The translations under genes were made by a program, and so were the position numbers. This document shows positions 1-11,680 of a DNA stretch of 64,000 nucleotides, piece after piece. The notes under the pieces were generated by a model. It was not told where the DNA came from and ran no database searches. It was given only the letters and a program-made list of their open reading frames with translations. Source of the stretch: Lama glama (taxonomy: Eukaryota). Numbering within the stretch: the stretch's first letter is position 1; every line of letters begins with the position of its first letter. The DNA is taken from positions 98,892,001-98,956,000 of the forward strand of contig CM052817.1 in the NCBI GenBank assembly GCA_028534125.1, in the 5' to 3' direction.

Positions 1-189
1 GATCATTATAGATGAGAGCCGCTGCTTGCTTCCCCTGTCCCTGAGCAGGCAGTGCAGGGAGAGAGATGGAGCAGTAAGACAGGAACTTTAGAGGAGCCTC
101 TCCTGGGGGCAGAAGCCTATATAATCTGAGACCTTTCGCTGTATGGCTTGCTTAGGACAGTCCTTAGATGTCATATTTAGCATCCTTAG

Positions 190-3115
190 TAGTACCTGAT
201 TATCAAAATTAGGAATGAAAATATGTCACTACAAAAAATCAACTAAACACAAAAGAATGCAGTAATGAAATGAGAAACAAAGTTCTAAGGCATGTAGAAA
301 GCAAAGCAAATTGTCAAATGGCAAAATACTTTGCTTATCAGTAATTTAAAGGGATTAAACTCTGATCAAAAGGCAAAGAGACTGGCAAAATGAATAAACA
401 TGATCAGACTATATGCCGTCTACCAGAGACTCAAGGATCTACAGACAAAAACAGGTTAAAGGTGAAAGGATGGAAGGGGATATTCCACACAAATAATGAA
501 GAGAGCTGGGGTGGCTACCCAAATACTAGACAAAATGGGCTTTAAGTCAAAATATATGACAGGAGACAAATAAGGACACTATACAGTGATAAAAGGGGCA
601 ATTCATCAAGAAGATACAGCAATTAATTACTAATGTATTACCAAACAGCAGCGGCCCCAAGATACATGGAACCAGCACTGACAGAACTGAAGGGAAAAAC
701 AAACAGCCCTACAGTAACAGCTGCAGACCTGCATGCCCCACTTTCATTAATGGGCAGAACCACCAGAAAGGACAGCAGGAAACAGAGGAGCTGAACAATC
801 CTAAAAACCAACCGGACCCGACACACAGATGCACACTCACCCAACAACAGCCGAATAAACAGATTTTTTTTCTCAAATTCACATGGAACATTCTCCTAGA
901 TAAAGTATTTCTTCTAGTCGCAATAGAATTAAACTAGACATCATAATGGAAAACTTGAAAATGCATAAGTTTGTGGAGATTAACCAATGGGTCAAAAAAA
1001 GAAATCTCAAAGGAAATTACAAAATATCGACTCAAATGAAAACAGACAAGCCAAAACTTCCAAAATGCAGCAAAAACTGGAAAACTTATGGCTATAAACA
1101 CATTTATTAAAAAAAAAAACTTTCACCCAATTCTACACCTTAAAGAACTAGAAAAAAGTATGAACTAAACCCAAACATAACAGAAGGAATGAAATAATGA
1201 AGATTAGAATGGAAACAGAAGCTGGAAAAACAGAGAAAATCAACAAAATCAAAAGCTGGTTTGTTGAAAGGTCAAGAAAATTTTAGACTAAGAAAAAGAC
1301 TCAAATTACTAAAATCATAAAGTGGAGACATTATCACCACCAGTTTTATTACAAATTTATATGCCAATAAATTGGAAAACCTAGATGAAATGGAAAAATT
1401 CTTAGAAACACATATTCCAAAATTTAATCATGGAGAAATAGAAAAATCTGAATAGACTCATAACTAGTAATGAGATTGAGTCAGTAATCAAAAACCTCCC
1501 AACAACAAAAAAAAGCCCTGGACCAGACAGCTTCACTGGTGAATTCTACCAGTCATTTAAAGAAAGGTTAACACCAACTCAAACACTTCTAAAAAACTGA
1601 AGAGAACAGTTCCTGAGTCATTTAATGAGGCCAACATACCCTAACATCAAAGTCAAAGACACTACAAGAAATTAAAGATCAATATTTCTTATGAATAGTG
1701 ATATAAAAACCTTCAACAATACTAGCAAACCAAATTCAGTGGTACATTAGGAGGATCATACACCATGACCAAGTGGGATTTATTCTGGGAACAAAAGGAT
1801 GGTTCAACATACAAAAAAAAAAAAAAATCGATGTAGTATATATATCATACCAAGACAATTAACAACCAAAAAACCCCACATGAACAAAAGGCACTTGACA
1901 AAATTCAACATCTTTTCATGATAAAAACACTCAAACTAAGAGTAGAAGGAAAGTACCTCAACATGATAAAAGGCATTTATGAAAAATTCACAGCTAACAC
2001 CATATTCAGTGGTGAATACTGAAAGCCTTTCCCCTGACCGGGACCTGGAACAAGACAAGGATCCTGCTCTAACCACTTCCATTCAATATAGTACAAAAAG
2101 TCCTCGCCAGAGCAGTTAGGCAAGAAAAAGAAAAGGCATCTAAATTGGAAAGGAAGAAGTAAAGCTGTCTCTGTTACAAATGATAACGATCTTTACCAAG
2201 GAAACCTTAAAGATTCCACCCCCCCCAAACCTGTTAGAGCTTATGAATTCAGCAAAGTTACAGGATACAAAATCAACACACAAAAGTAAGTTGTGTTTTT
2301 ATACAATGCAATGTACAATCTGAAAAGGAAATTAAGAGAACAATTCCATCATAGCAATAAAAAGAATAAAATATGCAGGAATAAATTTAACCAGAGGCAA
2401 AAGACTTGTGTATTGAAAATGAGAAACTATAGGTGAAAGAAATTAAAGACATAAATAAATGTTTAAACACATCCCACGTATATGGATTGGAAGACTTAAT
2501 ATTGTTAAAATGACAATACTAGCCAAAGAAATCTACAGAGTCAAACTAACTCCTATCAAAATCCCAGTGTTTTTTTGCAAAAACAGAAAAACCCATCTTA
2601 AAATTCACTTGGAATCTCTAAGGACCCCAAAAAGCCAAAACAATCTCAGAAAAGAACAACAAAATTGGATATCCCATACTTCCTGATTTCAAAACTTACT
2701 AGAAAGCTACAATAATCGAAACAATGTGGCGCTAGCCTCACGTCAGACATATGGACCAACGGAAGAACAGAGCCCAGAAACAAGCTCCCACGTACAGGGA
2801 CAGTCTTTCCAACAAGTAGTGCCGGGAACACTGACACCCACATGCAAAAGCATGAGGTTAGGGACTTACCTACCATCATATACAAACATTAATTCAAAAA
2901 GGATCAAAGCTAAATATGAGTTATTTGACTCTCAGGAGAAAACAGAGGAAAAGCTTCATGACACTGGATTTTGCAGTGATTTCTTGGATAAGACACTGAA
3001 AGCACAGGCAACAGCAGAAAAAATTAGATAAGCCAGACTTGGTCAAAATCAAAGGCTTTGCACGTCGAAGGGTACTATGAGATGGAATGATGAAAAAGTT
3101 CTGGAAATGCCAGAT
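190..3115 (+). mobile_element. Decayed LINE-1 (L1M-type) ORF2 fragment covering endonuclease and reverse-transcriptase regions; boundaries approximate
   Basis: A-rich plus strand. L1 ORF2 motifs include ggaccagacagcttcactggtgaattctacc and catgaccaagtgggatttattc. Translated remnant WIGRLNIVKMTIL (2459-2686). Many frameshifts and stops. Confidence 0.93.
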
Positions 3116-3475
3116 AGAGATACCAGATAAAGGTTATCTCCCCAAATGTAGGTTTTCAGATATAAGCCAGGTTTCTCAATGGCGTCATCACAGACATACA
3201 AACATTTCACATTAAATTTTATACCAGAAAGTAAAGGCAATATAATTGGAGCCTTCGTTACTTAAATCCTGTCTATTCCTAGAGAACTCAGCCTTTGTCC
3301 AAGATTGGCAATGCCATCAGAAAGAAAATCACGCTTTAAAAAAAATCTCTTGGAAAACCCCAATATTCAATGGCTTTTTTGATTGCACAGGTGACCCTCA
3401 CAACCCAGCCCATTTAAGTAAATTCCGTCCACAGGTTTTAAAGCCACCAGTAGTAGACCCTGATTCCAGTGTTAC

Positions 3476-3627
3476 CTCTGGTCATAGGACAGGGCCATGG
3501 CCCGGATCCCGGCGTCGCAGCCTGGATAGGCAAAGAGCTGCTTGAGGTCAGACACCTGCCAGACCACGACCACACCGTTGTCTCCTCCCGTGAGCAGGTA
3601 CTGCCCGTCCCGGCTCAGCTGGATGGC
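3476..3627 (-). CDS. LRBA: LRBA penultimate coding exon, WD40 (AIQLSRDGQYLLTGGDNGVVVVWQVSDLKQLFAYPGCDAGIRAMALSYDQR); 152 nt, phase 0-2; not in the supplied ORF track
   Basis: Read manually on the minus strand; acceptor ctcctag|GCC; donor CAGAG|gtaaca. Confidence 0.95.
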
Positions 3628-4304
3628 CTAGGAGACAGGCAACACTTAGAAGAGACGTGGCTCGAGGAAAACCGCCCCCCACCCCATTTCTGATGAATTC
3701 CCCACGATGCAGCTACTGCAGCGCACAGAGAAGGGAGAGAGCTTGTATTCCTGAGGCTTTAGGAAATCATGAGTCATAGAAGACTTTTGCCATTGTTCCA
3801 AAATCAAATGGGCAAAGTCAGGCAATGTTAGAGGTTTTGTTTTTTGTTTTCTTTAATTTTTGCTGACAAAATTTCTGCTTTTTAAGGATGAGGTGGCACA
3901 CTCTTCCTGTTCTACAGTGTGTGCTGTGGATGGGGACCAGCTCTCTGTTGTGAGGAGCTTCCAGGCATCTCTCTGGTTGGAACGCAGACGTGCTAAGCCC
4001 ATTTTGTGCCAAGGCCAAGCAGATAGTGCTAGATGACCTCATATCCCCAAGAACACCCTGCTGCCCCTGGGCTCCGGCCCCCCGGAGACCGCCTGCAGCT
4101 GGGGTGCCCTCCCTAGGCCCACGGGATTTTTACAGTGGCTGGGAAGACAGCTGGGTAGAGACCCACGACTTTCAGGTGCTGAAGCCCGGGTTAAGCATTT
4201 TCTTCTTGCCCCAGGACCGACCGCTTCTTGCTGGTCACAAAGCACAGACGTGCAATTTGCTCTTCAGCCCCAAAAGCAGGCCACCCCCTATTACATACAA
4301 CGTT

Positions 4305-4533
4305 TAAAATTTTTTCCACGGTTGGAAAAAAAAGTCAAAAGAATAATATTTCATGACATGTGGAAATAATATGAATTCCAAATTTCAGTGTCCATAAATA
4401 AGGGTTATTGGAACATAGCCACACCCATTCATTTCTGGCTACTTTCACATGTAATTGCAACAAAATATAGAGCCTGCAAAACCGAAAATATTTACTATTT
4501 GTCCCCCTACAGAGAAAAGTGTGGCGACTCCTC
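4305..4533 (+). mobile_element. hAT-Charlie MITE, MER58B-like, partial
   Basis: aatttcagtgtccataaataagggttattggaacatagccac...aaaatatttactat...acagagaaaagtgtggcgactcct resembles the MER58B consensus as I recall it. Confidence 0.8.
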
Positions 4534-6804
4534 TGATATAAAAGGTCCCTCCCCATTCCAAAAGCTGATTGTCTTACCCCTTCCTCTCCTCCTTTTCCCA
4601 GCTTATTGAGACACACATTTCCTTTCCTTACCTGGGTGGCATCGGGAGTTCTACAAGTCACTGCAAACACCTGTAGTCTTACGTCCACCAGGACACAGTG
4701 AACACAGGAATCCAGATTGTATGAGCGAGCCAGAAAGAAATTACCTACCTTCTGGAAAATATATTTACATTCTTCTGCACTCAGTTTCAGTATAGTTGCC
4801 TTAAGTCTTTAATCTACATTTTGCTCCCCCAATGTTTTTAAAATCATAGAAAATTAAGGACTGTTTCTTAGCCATTCAATTCACATTCATGCAAATGCCA
4901 ACTTTTAGAGATCTCCTAAATATAGCTTATTCTCAAGGACACAAAAAATACATGTAACAGATAAAATCCCATGGGTGGAAGATAGTTACATGTAAGAAGT
5001 ATTCTCTAAATTTTAACCAAATACAAATAGGAAGATTTTTCAATATGACTAAAAACCAATATCCTTTCCTCCCATTCATTTCACAAATGGCCATCTCTAG
5101 GGGGTATCTGGGAAAGGCAATGAAGACTACAACAAATAATTATTTGCTACACTTATGAAATTCAGCTGATGAAAATCCATTAACCTCATGGTTGTGGTTC
5201 ACTTGAGTTTTATAACTTGAGGCTTTTTACTGGATAAGTGCTATATTAAAACATAAATTAAAACCATTAATCTTTAATTCTTTGTTCCAGAGTAAAGAAT
5301 CTCTAATCCTAGTTCTGTGTTGAAATAAATAAGACCTCGACTTTCAGGACTACACATTTATCAGCATCTAAAACATTTTAATAAACCAGGTGCCTGCTGA
5401 GGCTAAAAAATATTTTGTTGGCCTTTCTCATGAGGGACTTGTCAAATTTCCCTGGACGTAAGAGCCAGGGTAGCATTTCCTGAACAGCACCCTATCACCC
5501 AGACCAGCATTCACATAGTTCTTAATTCTAGTTATCAGGCAGGGTTGAGACTAGAGATGTAAGAGGGCCCTAAGGACATGTTACTTCATCCTCAGAAATC
5601 CTGATGCCAGGACAACACTGAGGTTGCACTGGTTCTCAGGAGGCACCCACAGGCCACAGCTGTCTGCTGGGGACGATCACATCCTCAAACACAGCTTCCT
5701 CAGGAAGAGAAAATAAATGAGCTCCTCCGAGCGAAACGGTGGTTATCCCTTGTTTGGGATAACAGACCTTTCCTGCTCTAAACAGGCTGCCCACTTAAAT
5801 TTAAGCTACTCATTAAGACATCTAAACATGCCTAGTTGATGTGCTATGATATGTTAACCAAATGCCACCGAACAATCTGGCATCTAAATAAAAACAGGTG
5901 GGAAGCCTTGATTAGCACAGAGGTTCCCCAGGCCCCCTGCCTGCAGGGTTCTCGGTATTTCAAAGAAACTTAATTTCTGATCTGAGCTAGTGACTAATTT
6001 GTTTCCACAGTCTCCCGTCCTTACAGAGGCTCCGACTGCAGGCCGGAGGTGGGACTGCTGATCCAGGATGTCCCCACTTCGCAGCCTGCGGTTTCCTCCC
6101 CTCTGTCCCCAGGCAGTGAGCTGTGACAGGGCGTCTCTGGGGCCGTGGGCAGGCAGGGCTCGTTTTAGGCCAGCTCGCTTTCATCACACAGTTGCCACTT
6201 GCAAGTTAGTATGATAAAGTGCAGGAGTGCTGGGGGAAAGGCGGTGGATTGTTTAAGCCTAAAATCCAGCGGGAAATCTTAGAGGGAAAAAACAATGGTC
6301 ATAGGGCAGAGAGGAAAGGCCTGCGCGTGGGAACAGGCTGCAGAAGGCCTCCTGTGACCGACCGCCTCCAGGAGCTTCCCAGAGCCGTGGGTGCGAACCG
6401 AAATGCCACAGAAATGGTTTAAGCCAGCAAGGGATTTCAAATTATTTTACAGATTTATTAGTGTAGCTGACACTCTGATCGCAACTCAGAGTGACAGATG
6501 ATCAGCATTATTATTGTGAAGAAAAGAAAGGAAAATCCTCTGATGTGCACTTGGTTTAAATGAAGGGAAAAGCGAAAGCTGTGTGAGTGTCCCCGCACGT
6601 GGGCCTCTGCGGCGGTCAAGATGCGATGGAGAAACCCATGGAGAGAAAGGGAGGCAGAAGAAAGCCGCTTGCTGAGTGAAGGAGGCACCCAGTGGGATCG
6701 ACATTCAGGGTTTCTGTTCCTCTATACCTCCTGACCCCAGGATTTACGTGAGAGAAAGGGGTGATCAGACCAGGTCTGGGAAACTAGGAGAACTTACGTC
6801 ACCC

Positions 6805-7456
6805 TGTTAGCGCAGGCAGATAGCGAGATACGAGCAGAGAAACGGGGACACAGACCAAATGGCAGAAATTGGGCAGAAAGGAGGACCACAGGCCAAATGC
6901 TGGAAACCATATATTATGCAGGCACCAGGGGTCCTTGGGTAGAGAAAGAAAAGCAGGAACCTCTGGGCTGGTAAGTGGTCACACCTTTAGGGGTGATAAG
7001 TAGCCCAGAGGCCAACAAAGAAAGGTGGGAAAAGGCAGGAATCTCCAGGGTCCAAATGTAACCTTTTGCTTATTATGCCCTCATTTCAATAAAATTAGCC
7101 TTGCAGATTAGAAGTACCCATCATGCATTGACTCCACGACACTTCCAATCCAGACTAAATAAGGACAAAATCCCTCCCCTAGGGAAGGTGGAGGTGGTTT
7201 GGAAGTCAGGGAATACGACCCCAAACCCTTCCCTCCCCAGTGAATATTCCACCCATTGATTCTTACACTCTATGTAACCAACTTGCCAAAGAAACTTGGG
7301 GCGGCCGCTCACCTGAGCCTGCCCGCTCTCCCCTTGAGTGCACTATCCATCCTTTAATAAATTCTCACTTTACTTTTTTAACCACTACATCTTGTTTCTG
7401 AATTCTTTCTGGGATGGGACAAGAACCTGGAACACCGGCTGGATCCACCAGCCACA
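6805..7456 (+). mobile_element. ERV1-like solo LTR (about 650 bp; MER41/MER4-group-like 3' end)
   Basis: TGTTAG start and CCACA end. 4-bp flanks accc/agcc fit a TSD with one mismatch. AATAAA at 7356-7361 is followed by ctgaattctttct...caagaacc, typical of ERV1 R/U5. Confidence 0.75.
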
Positions 7457-8384
7457 AGCCAAGCTGGCCCAAGTCAGGAAAAACCACGAGTGAAATGGCC
7501 AGAACCAGCTTAAAGCCACACTCCCAGGGCAGAGGCCTCTGCGACCCTCTTGCCACCCCCATGTGTCCTGGGTTCCCTCACTGTACCCGGTTCACCTGCA
7601 CCTCCAACCCTGTCCCGGAAGGTGACAGAACACCGGCTTCATTTTACCTTCACCTGCATGAAGATGTTTGGAGGTGAGAAATAAAGGACCTTGAAAAGGT
7701 AGCCTCTCCTAAGAGCAGTCCCTCCTCTCTTTTCAACCTTGAACACTTACTCCCCGTCCTGAGAATGAAGCAGGACGCACAGGGCCCGCCAGCACGACGT
7801 CCTGTATGCTGAAAGCAAAAACGTGTTGCCTGATTCACGTCAAAACTTGCAGCCCAACTTCCCTAACCTAGTGAGTCTGGGTCGTGTTACCCGCCAAGAA
7901 GTCAAGTCTGAAATGGGATGCTGGTCCCACACCGTCAGAGCCCAGACCCCGACCACCGTCAGCCTGCTCAAAGGCAGACGGTCTGGTTGATGGATGCTCT
8001 ATGGCACTATTTTAGCTCTGAGACTCAGAAAACAACCACCTGTGGTGAACTTTCTTAGACAGAAAACCAAAAACAACAAAGAAAAAGAGCAGTGCCACTG
8101 AAAGCCGCCCAGGATGGCCTGGGTGAAAAGCTGAAGAAAAGCTCTCGGGCTGCAGGTCCCTCCTGGGCTTCACCCAGTGGTCTCAGGCGCTGGGCACCCG
8201 GATGCACTGGGGTCTGGGAGACACCAGCCCCACCCCAGTGCCACCTCACAACTCCCTCTTGGAGTGGAAGAGAGGGCCTTGGTTACTAAAACCAGAAGTT
8301 TCTTTGGTGAACCCTCTCCCTCCTCGCTCACCACACTTTGAGGTGAAAACACAGAAGGTTGAAAATTCTACAAGGTACACTCAC

Positions 8385-8581
8385 CTTTATGTTGTCATCA
8401 GTTTCCATGGTGGCCTGGAGTTTTCCGTTCACACTGAATGTACAGAAGAAGCCATTTTCATAGAATATGACACAGTGACCCTCTCTTGAAGCCTGAATGA
8501 GTCTTGGGTTCAGGCAGTTTTCAGGGCCCTCCAAAGTCCTCAACAAGTCTCCATTCATGGAATGTATGAGACATGGTCCTT
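8385..8581 (-). CDS. LRBA: LRBA exon, WD40 region (EGPCLIHSMNGDLLRTLEGPENCLNPRLIQASREGHCVIFYENGFFCTFSVNGKLQATMETDDNIK); 197 nt, phase 1-0
   Basis: Acceptor ttctcag|AA; donor AAG|gtgagt; contained in ORF 8328..8663. Confidence 0.96.
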
Positions 8582-9530
8582 CTGAGAAAACAGGAGAAAC
8601 AAAAGGCAAAATGACGTTTTTCCATGAGGACAGACAAATGTGGTCTGAATCTTGGCTGAGCACAGGTCCAGCAGGATGACAGTGCCATATTACAGCGGTT
8701 GAAGGCCTTCAAAAATGATATATTATTTTGTAAAACCTGCACGCTGGCTGGAACTCACCTTCCACTTGGGAGAAGAGAAAGCTAGGTTGTACGTGTTCAA
8801 GTCCACTGCTCAAGAGACAGGAAGTTACTTTATGAAATTCATTATGCCAAGAGATGATAAAAAGTGGAGGAATTGAGAAAGGAACAGGACAGATTTCAAA
8901 TCCTAGAAGAGTTTCCCAGACAGCTGGGCCTCTATCAAACATGGGGTGCCGCCAGGCACACTCTGATCCTCTACACCCCGCCCTCCCACCTCCCAGGCTC
9001 TCTGGTGGCAGCATCTGGCCTGTGTGGGGAGAACTCTAAGGTCCAAGCCTTCTTCCCTCCCGCTGCTCACTGCTCTGCAGTGAACGCGGCCCCGGGTAGT
9101 GCACTCCTTGCCCCCAAGTAAATCCACACAGACATCCTTCTGCCACTTCTGCTTGGTGAACGAGGCTGCTTGCCTGCTGTCCCCTGAACCAAGAAGCCGC
9201 ACCCACCACTCCCCGCTCCCCAGGCTGACCTGCAGGCCGAGCTGCCCGAGGAGGATGGAGAATCTGCCCAGTAGCCCTTCTGAGCAGTGCTCGGTCATCT
9301 TTGCTGAGTGCCTGCTACAGGTGGAGCAGGGGAGTAGGCAGCCAAAACTGCCTGTGTGATGAGTAGGTTCTAAGGAATGCCTGAGCTGGACAGAAGCAGT
9401 AACTAGACAGTGTGTCCTGCTCCTCTCCACGCTGCACTACCTGTTCCCTACGCGACTATTAAAGGTGCCTCTCGGCTTATTCTTGACCACTCAGGTTGGT
9501 AACTTTTTAGCGTTCTCGACGTAAACACAG

Positions 9531-10622
9531 AAGGCAGTCTTTGCTCTGCACAGTTTCAGCATGCAGGAATTTCAGTTATCGCTCTAAATAACCTAGTCCC
9601 TCAACACCCCAGTTCAGACGTCAGTTCTCACAGTAATTAAGTAAAGTGCACATTTCATGGCCAGCTCTTCAGCCCACAAATCACTACAAATAGCAGGTGT
9701 GCATCATTTCAGGTGACTGAGCCCATCACACCTTTTAGAGTCTCCAGGGAAAGGTCCCCGCATGTCTGTGACTCAGCTTGTGCACAGACAGCAAACTCTG
9801 TAGCTGTGTTGCCTCCTTGTCCACCAGTGATAAAACTATGACATTTTACACAAATGCATCATCGGAGGAGGGTGTCGGCCTACAAAGGTAAGTTAACAGT
9901 AAGGACAAGAAAGGTGATAAAGCTGAAAGTGAAATGTGAATCAAACCTAAATGGAGTTAGAGAAGAGCAAGCTGACCGAGGGAAAGCTGGGGCTGCTGAG
10001 ACACCGCAGATGTGGGTCCAGGGGACCTGACTGATGGGAGCTGGGAAAGTGGCTGTAACCAATATGAGGATGTCCCCGAAGAAGCGATGACAGAAAAATC
10101 CTTCACATTAAAGAAAACCTAGGAGGTGTTATATGACACTGAAAGCACAGAAGACAAAATGTCGGAAGCTAATCCAATCTTAGGAAGGAGTCTGACAACT
10201 AGTCAAGGTGCAGAAAAGATTCTCAAGTTACTTGGGGAGAAGGGGCAGGCACTGTTTAAAGTACTCTTGCTATGTTTTTCACAAAGAAATAAAATACTTT
10301 CATTCTCAATGTGTCTAATGTTTTAAATTACAGTGTACTAAGTAAGTAAATGTTGAGTTTTACTATTTTCTTCATGTCCATATATATGTATGTGTATGTA
10401 TGTACATATAACACTGAACAGGAAAATGTTTAATGTTTTGGTATAAATTTTTAAAGACCATGGAACAATCATAAAATCTCCCACTGGTTAAAATTTCCCA
10501 TTGATTATTAGTAATCATAGTATTTCCCACTGAAATTATTGGTTTTCAGTCTCATTGCATGGTTCCATCTTGCACAGTCATTTTAATGGTGTCACACCAC
10601 CGTGCAAAGTGAGGACAGCCTG
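9531..10622 (+). mobile_element. TcMar-Tigger non-autonomous DNA transposon (Tigger6-like), near full length
   Basis: Degenerate terminal inverted repeats aggcagtctttgctctgcacag ... ccgtgcaaagtgaggacagcctg, followed by TA; Tigger-like internal sequence. Confidence 0.8.
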
Positions 10623-11288
10623 TAATACGACAGGTTCATTTTATATGTCCAACTTGGATCACAGATAGTCTAAGAACTCATGTTAGCTCAGGATAAATGA
10701 AATCACTGGGTGTAAGAAGGAAAGAAACTCAGTAGTTACAGAATTCTTGCTATTGTTATTTCATTGTTTTGACCAACTAAATGTTTAACCACAATCCTCT
10801 TGCTAGCTTGACTTTTATAGTTCAAAAGACAGATAAGGTGACTCAAAAACTCTACACATCCCCATTAGATAAACCTAAAAGACATGGGATTACAGTAGTT
10901 TTTTTTGTGTTCAGACGTCAGTTAGTTCAGGGCAGAAGGACAGAGAGATGGATAGACTATTACAGTCGAATAAGCAGTGAACTGGAAACAGCTCTGTTCC
11001 TGGTCAGATCCTGATTTGTTGTGTGTGCTCTTGGAAAGCTTGCTGAGTATCTTTGGCCTAAACATACGATGATGCAAAACTCCAGGCAAACCAGCTTAAT
11101 TTAAGCATCTTTCCACTCCGTTCTCAAAGCCATCGTGGCCCCTGCCTAGTTCAGAGACTTGGAAGGTGAAACAGACTGCGTCAGGAGTTCCCGTTCAGGT
11201 GTGAGATGGAACCCAGCCCAGTTGGAGTCCAGAAGGATAAACAAACATACAAAGGTGGTCCTTGTTCTTGCCCCAATCTTTACAGCAA

Positions 11289-11488
11289 AGCTGTGAAACT
11301 GAGCTTTCTGCAGTGATGGAAATGTTCCCTTTCGGGGCTGTCCAACACAGTAGCCACTAGTCCTATGTGAACACTGAGCCCCTGAAATGTGGCTAGTGCC
11401 ACCAGGGAACTGAATTTTTAATTTTATTTCCTTTCAGTGAACGTAAACAGCCCCGTGTGGCTCATGGCTACCGTAAGAGCGCAGCTCT
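11289..11488 (+). mobile_element. hAT-Charlie MITE, MER3-like
   Basis: ttctgcagtgatggaaatgttc...gctgtccaacacagtagccactag...gaaatgtggctagtg...gaactgaatttttaatttt. Confidence 0.8.
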
Positions 11489-11578
11489 AGAGAAAGAGGC
11501 ACCAAATTCATCCTTGGTGATTTGTTACTAGGAGATACCCCACAATGTATCCATTTTATGAAAGCAACATAGATTTAC

Positions 11579-11680
11579 CTTTAGAACCACTTAACACCAG
11601 GCCCAGCTCAGCACAGACGGCAGCACAGGTGACTTCGCAGTCGTGGCCCGTCAAAACGGCCCGCGGGGCGGCGGTCTCAC
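11579..11680 (-). CDS. LRBA: LRBA exon, WD40 repeat (SETAAPRAVLTGHDCEVTCAAVCAELGLVLSGSK); 102 nt, phase 1-1; not in the supplied ORF track
   Basis: Read manually on the minus strand; acceptor ccctaaag|GT; donor AAAG|gtaaat; in frame with both neighbouring exons. Confidence 0.95.

Noticed and set aside
2459..3031. ORFs with L1 ORF2-like peptides
   Set aside because: They are fragments of a decayed LINE-1 and cannot encode an active element.
8903..9430. 175-aa minus-strand ORF and overlapping plus-strand ORFs
   Set aside because: No recognisable domain, not needed for the LRBA frame, and expected by chance in GC-rich intron.
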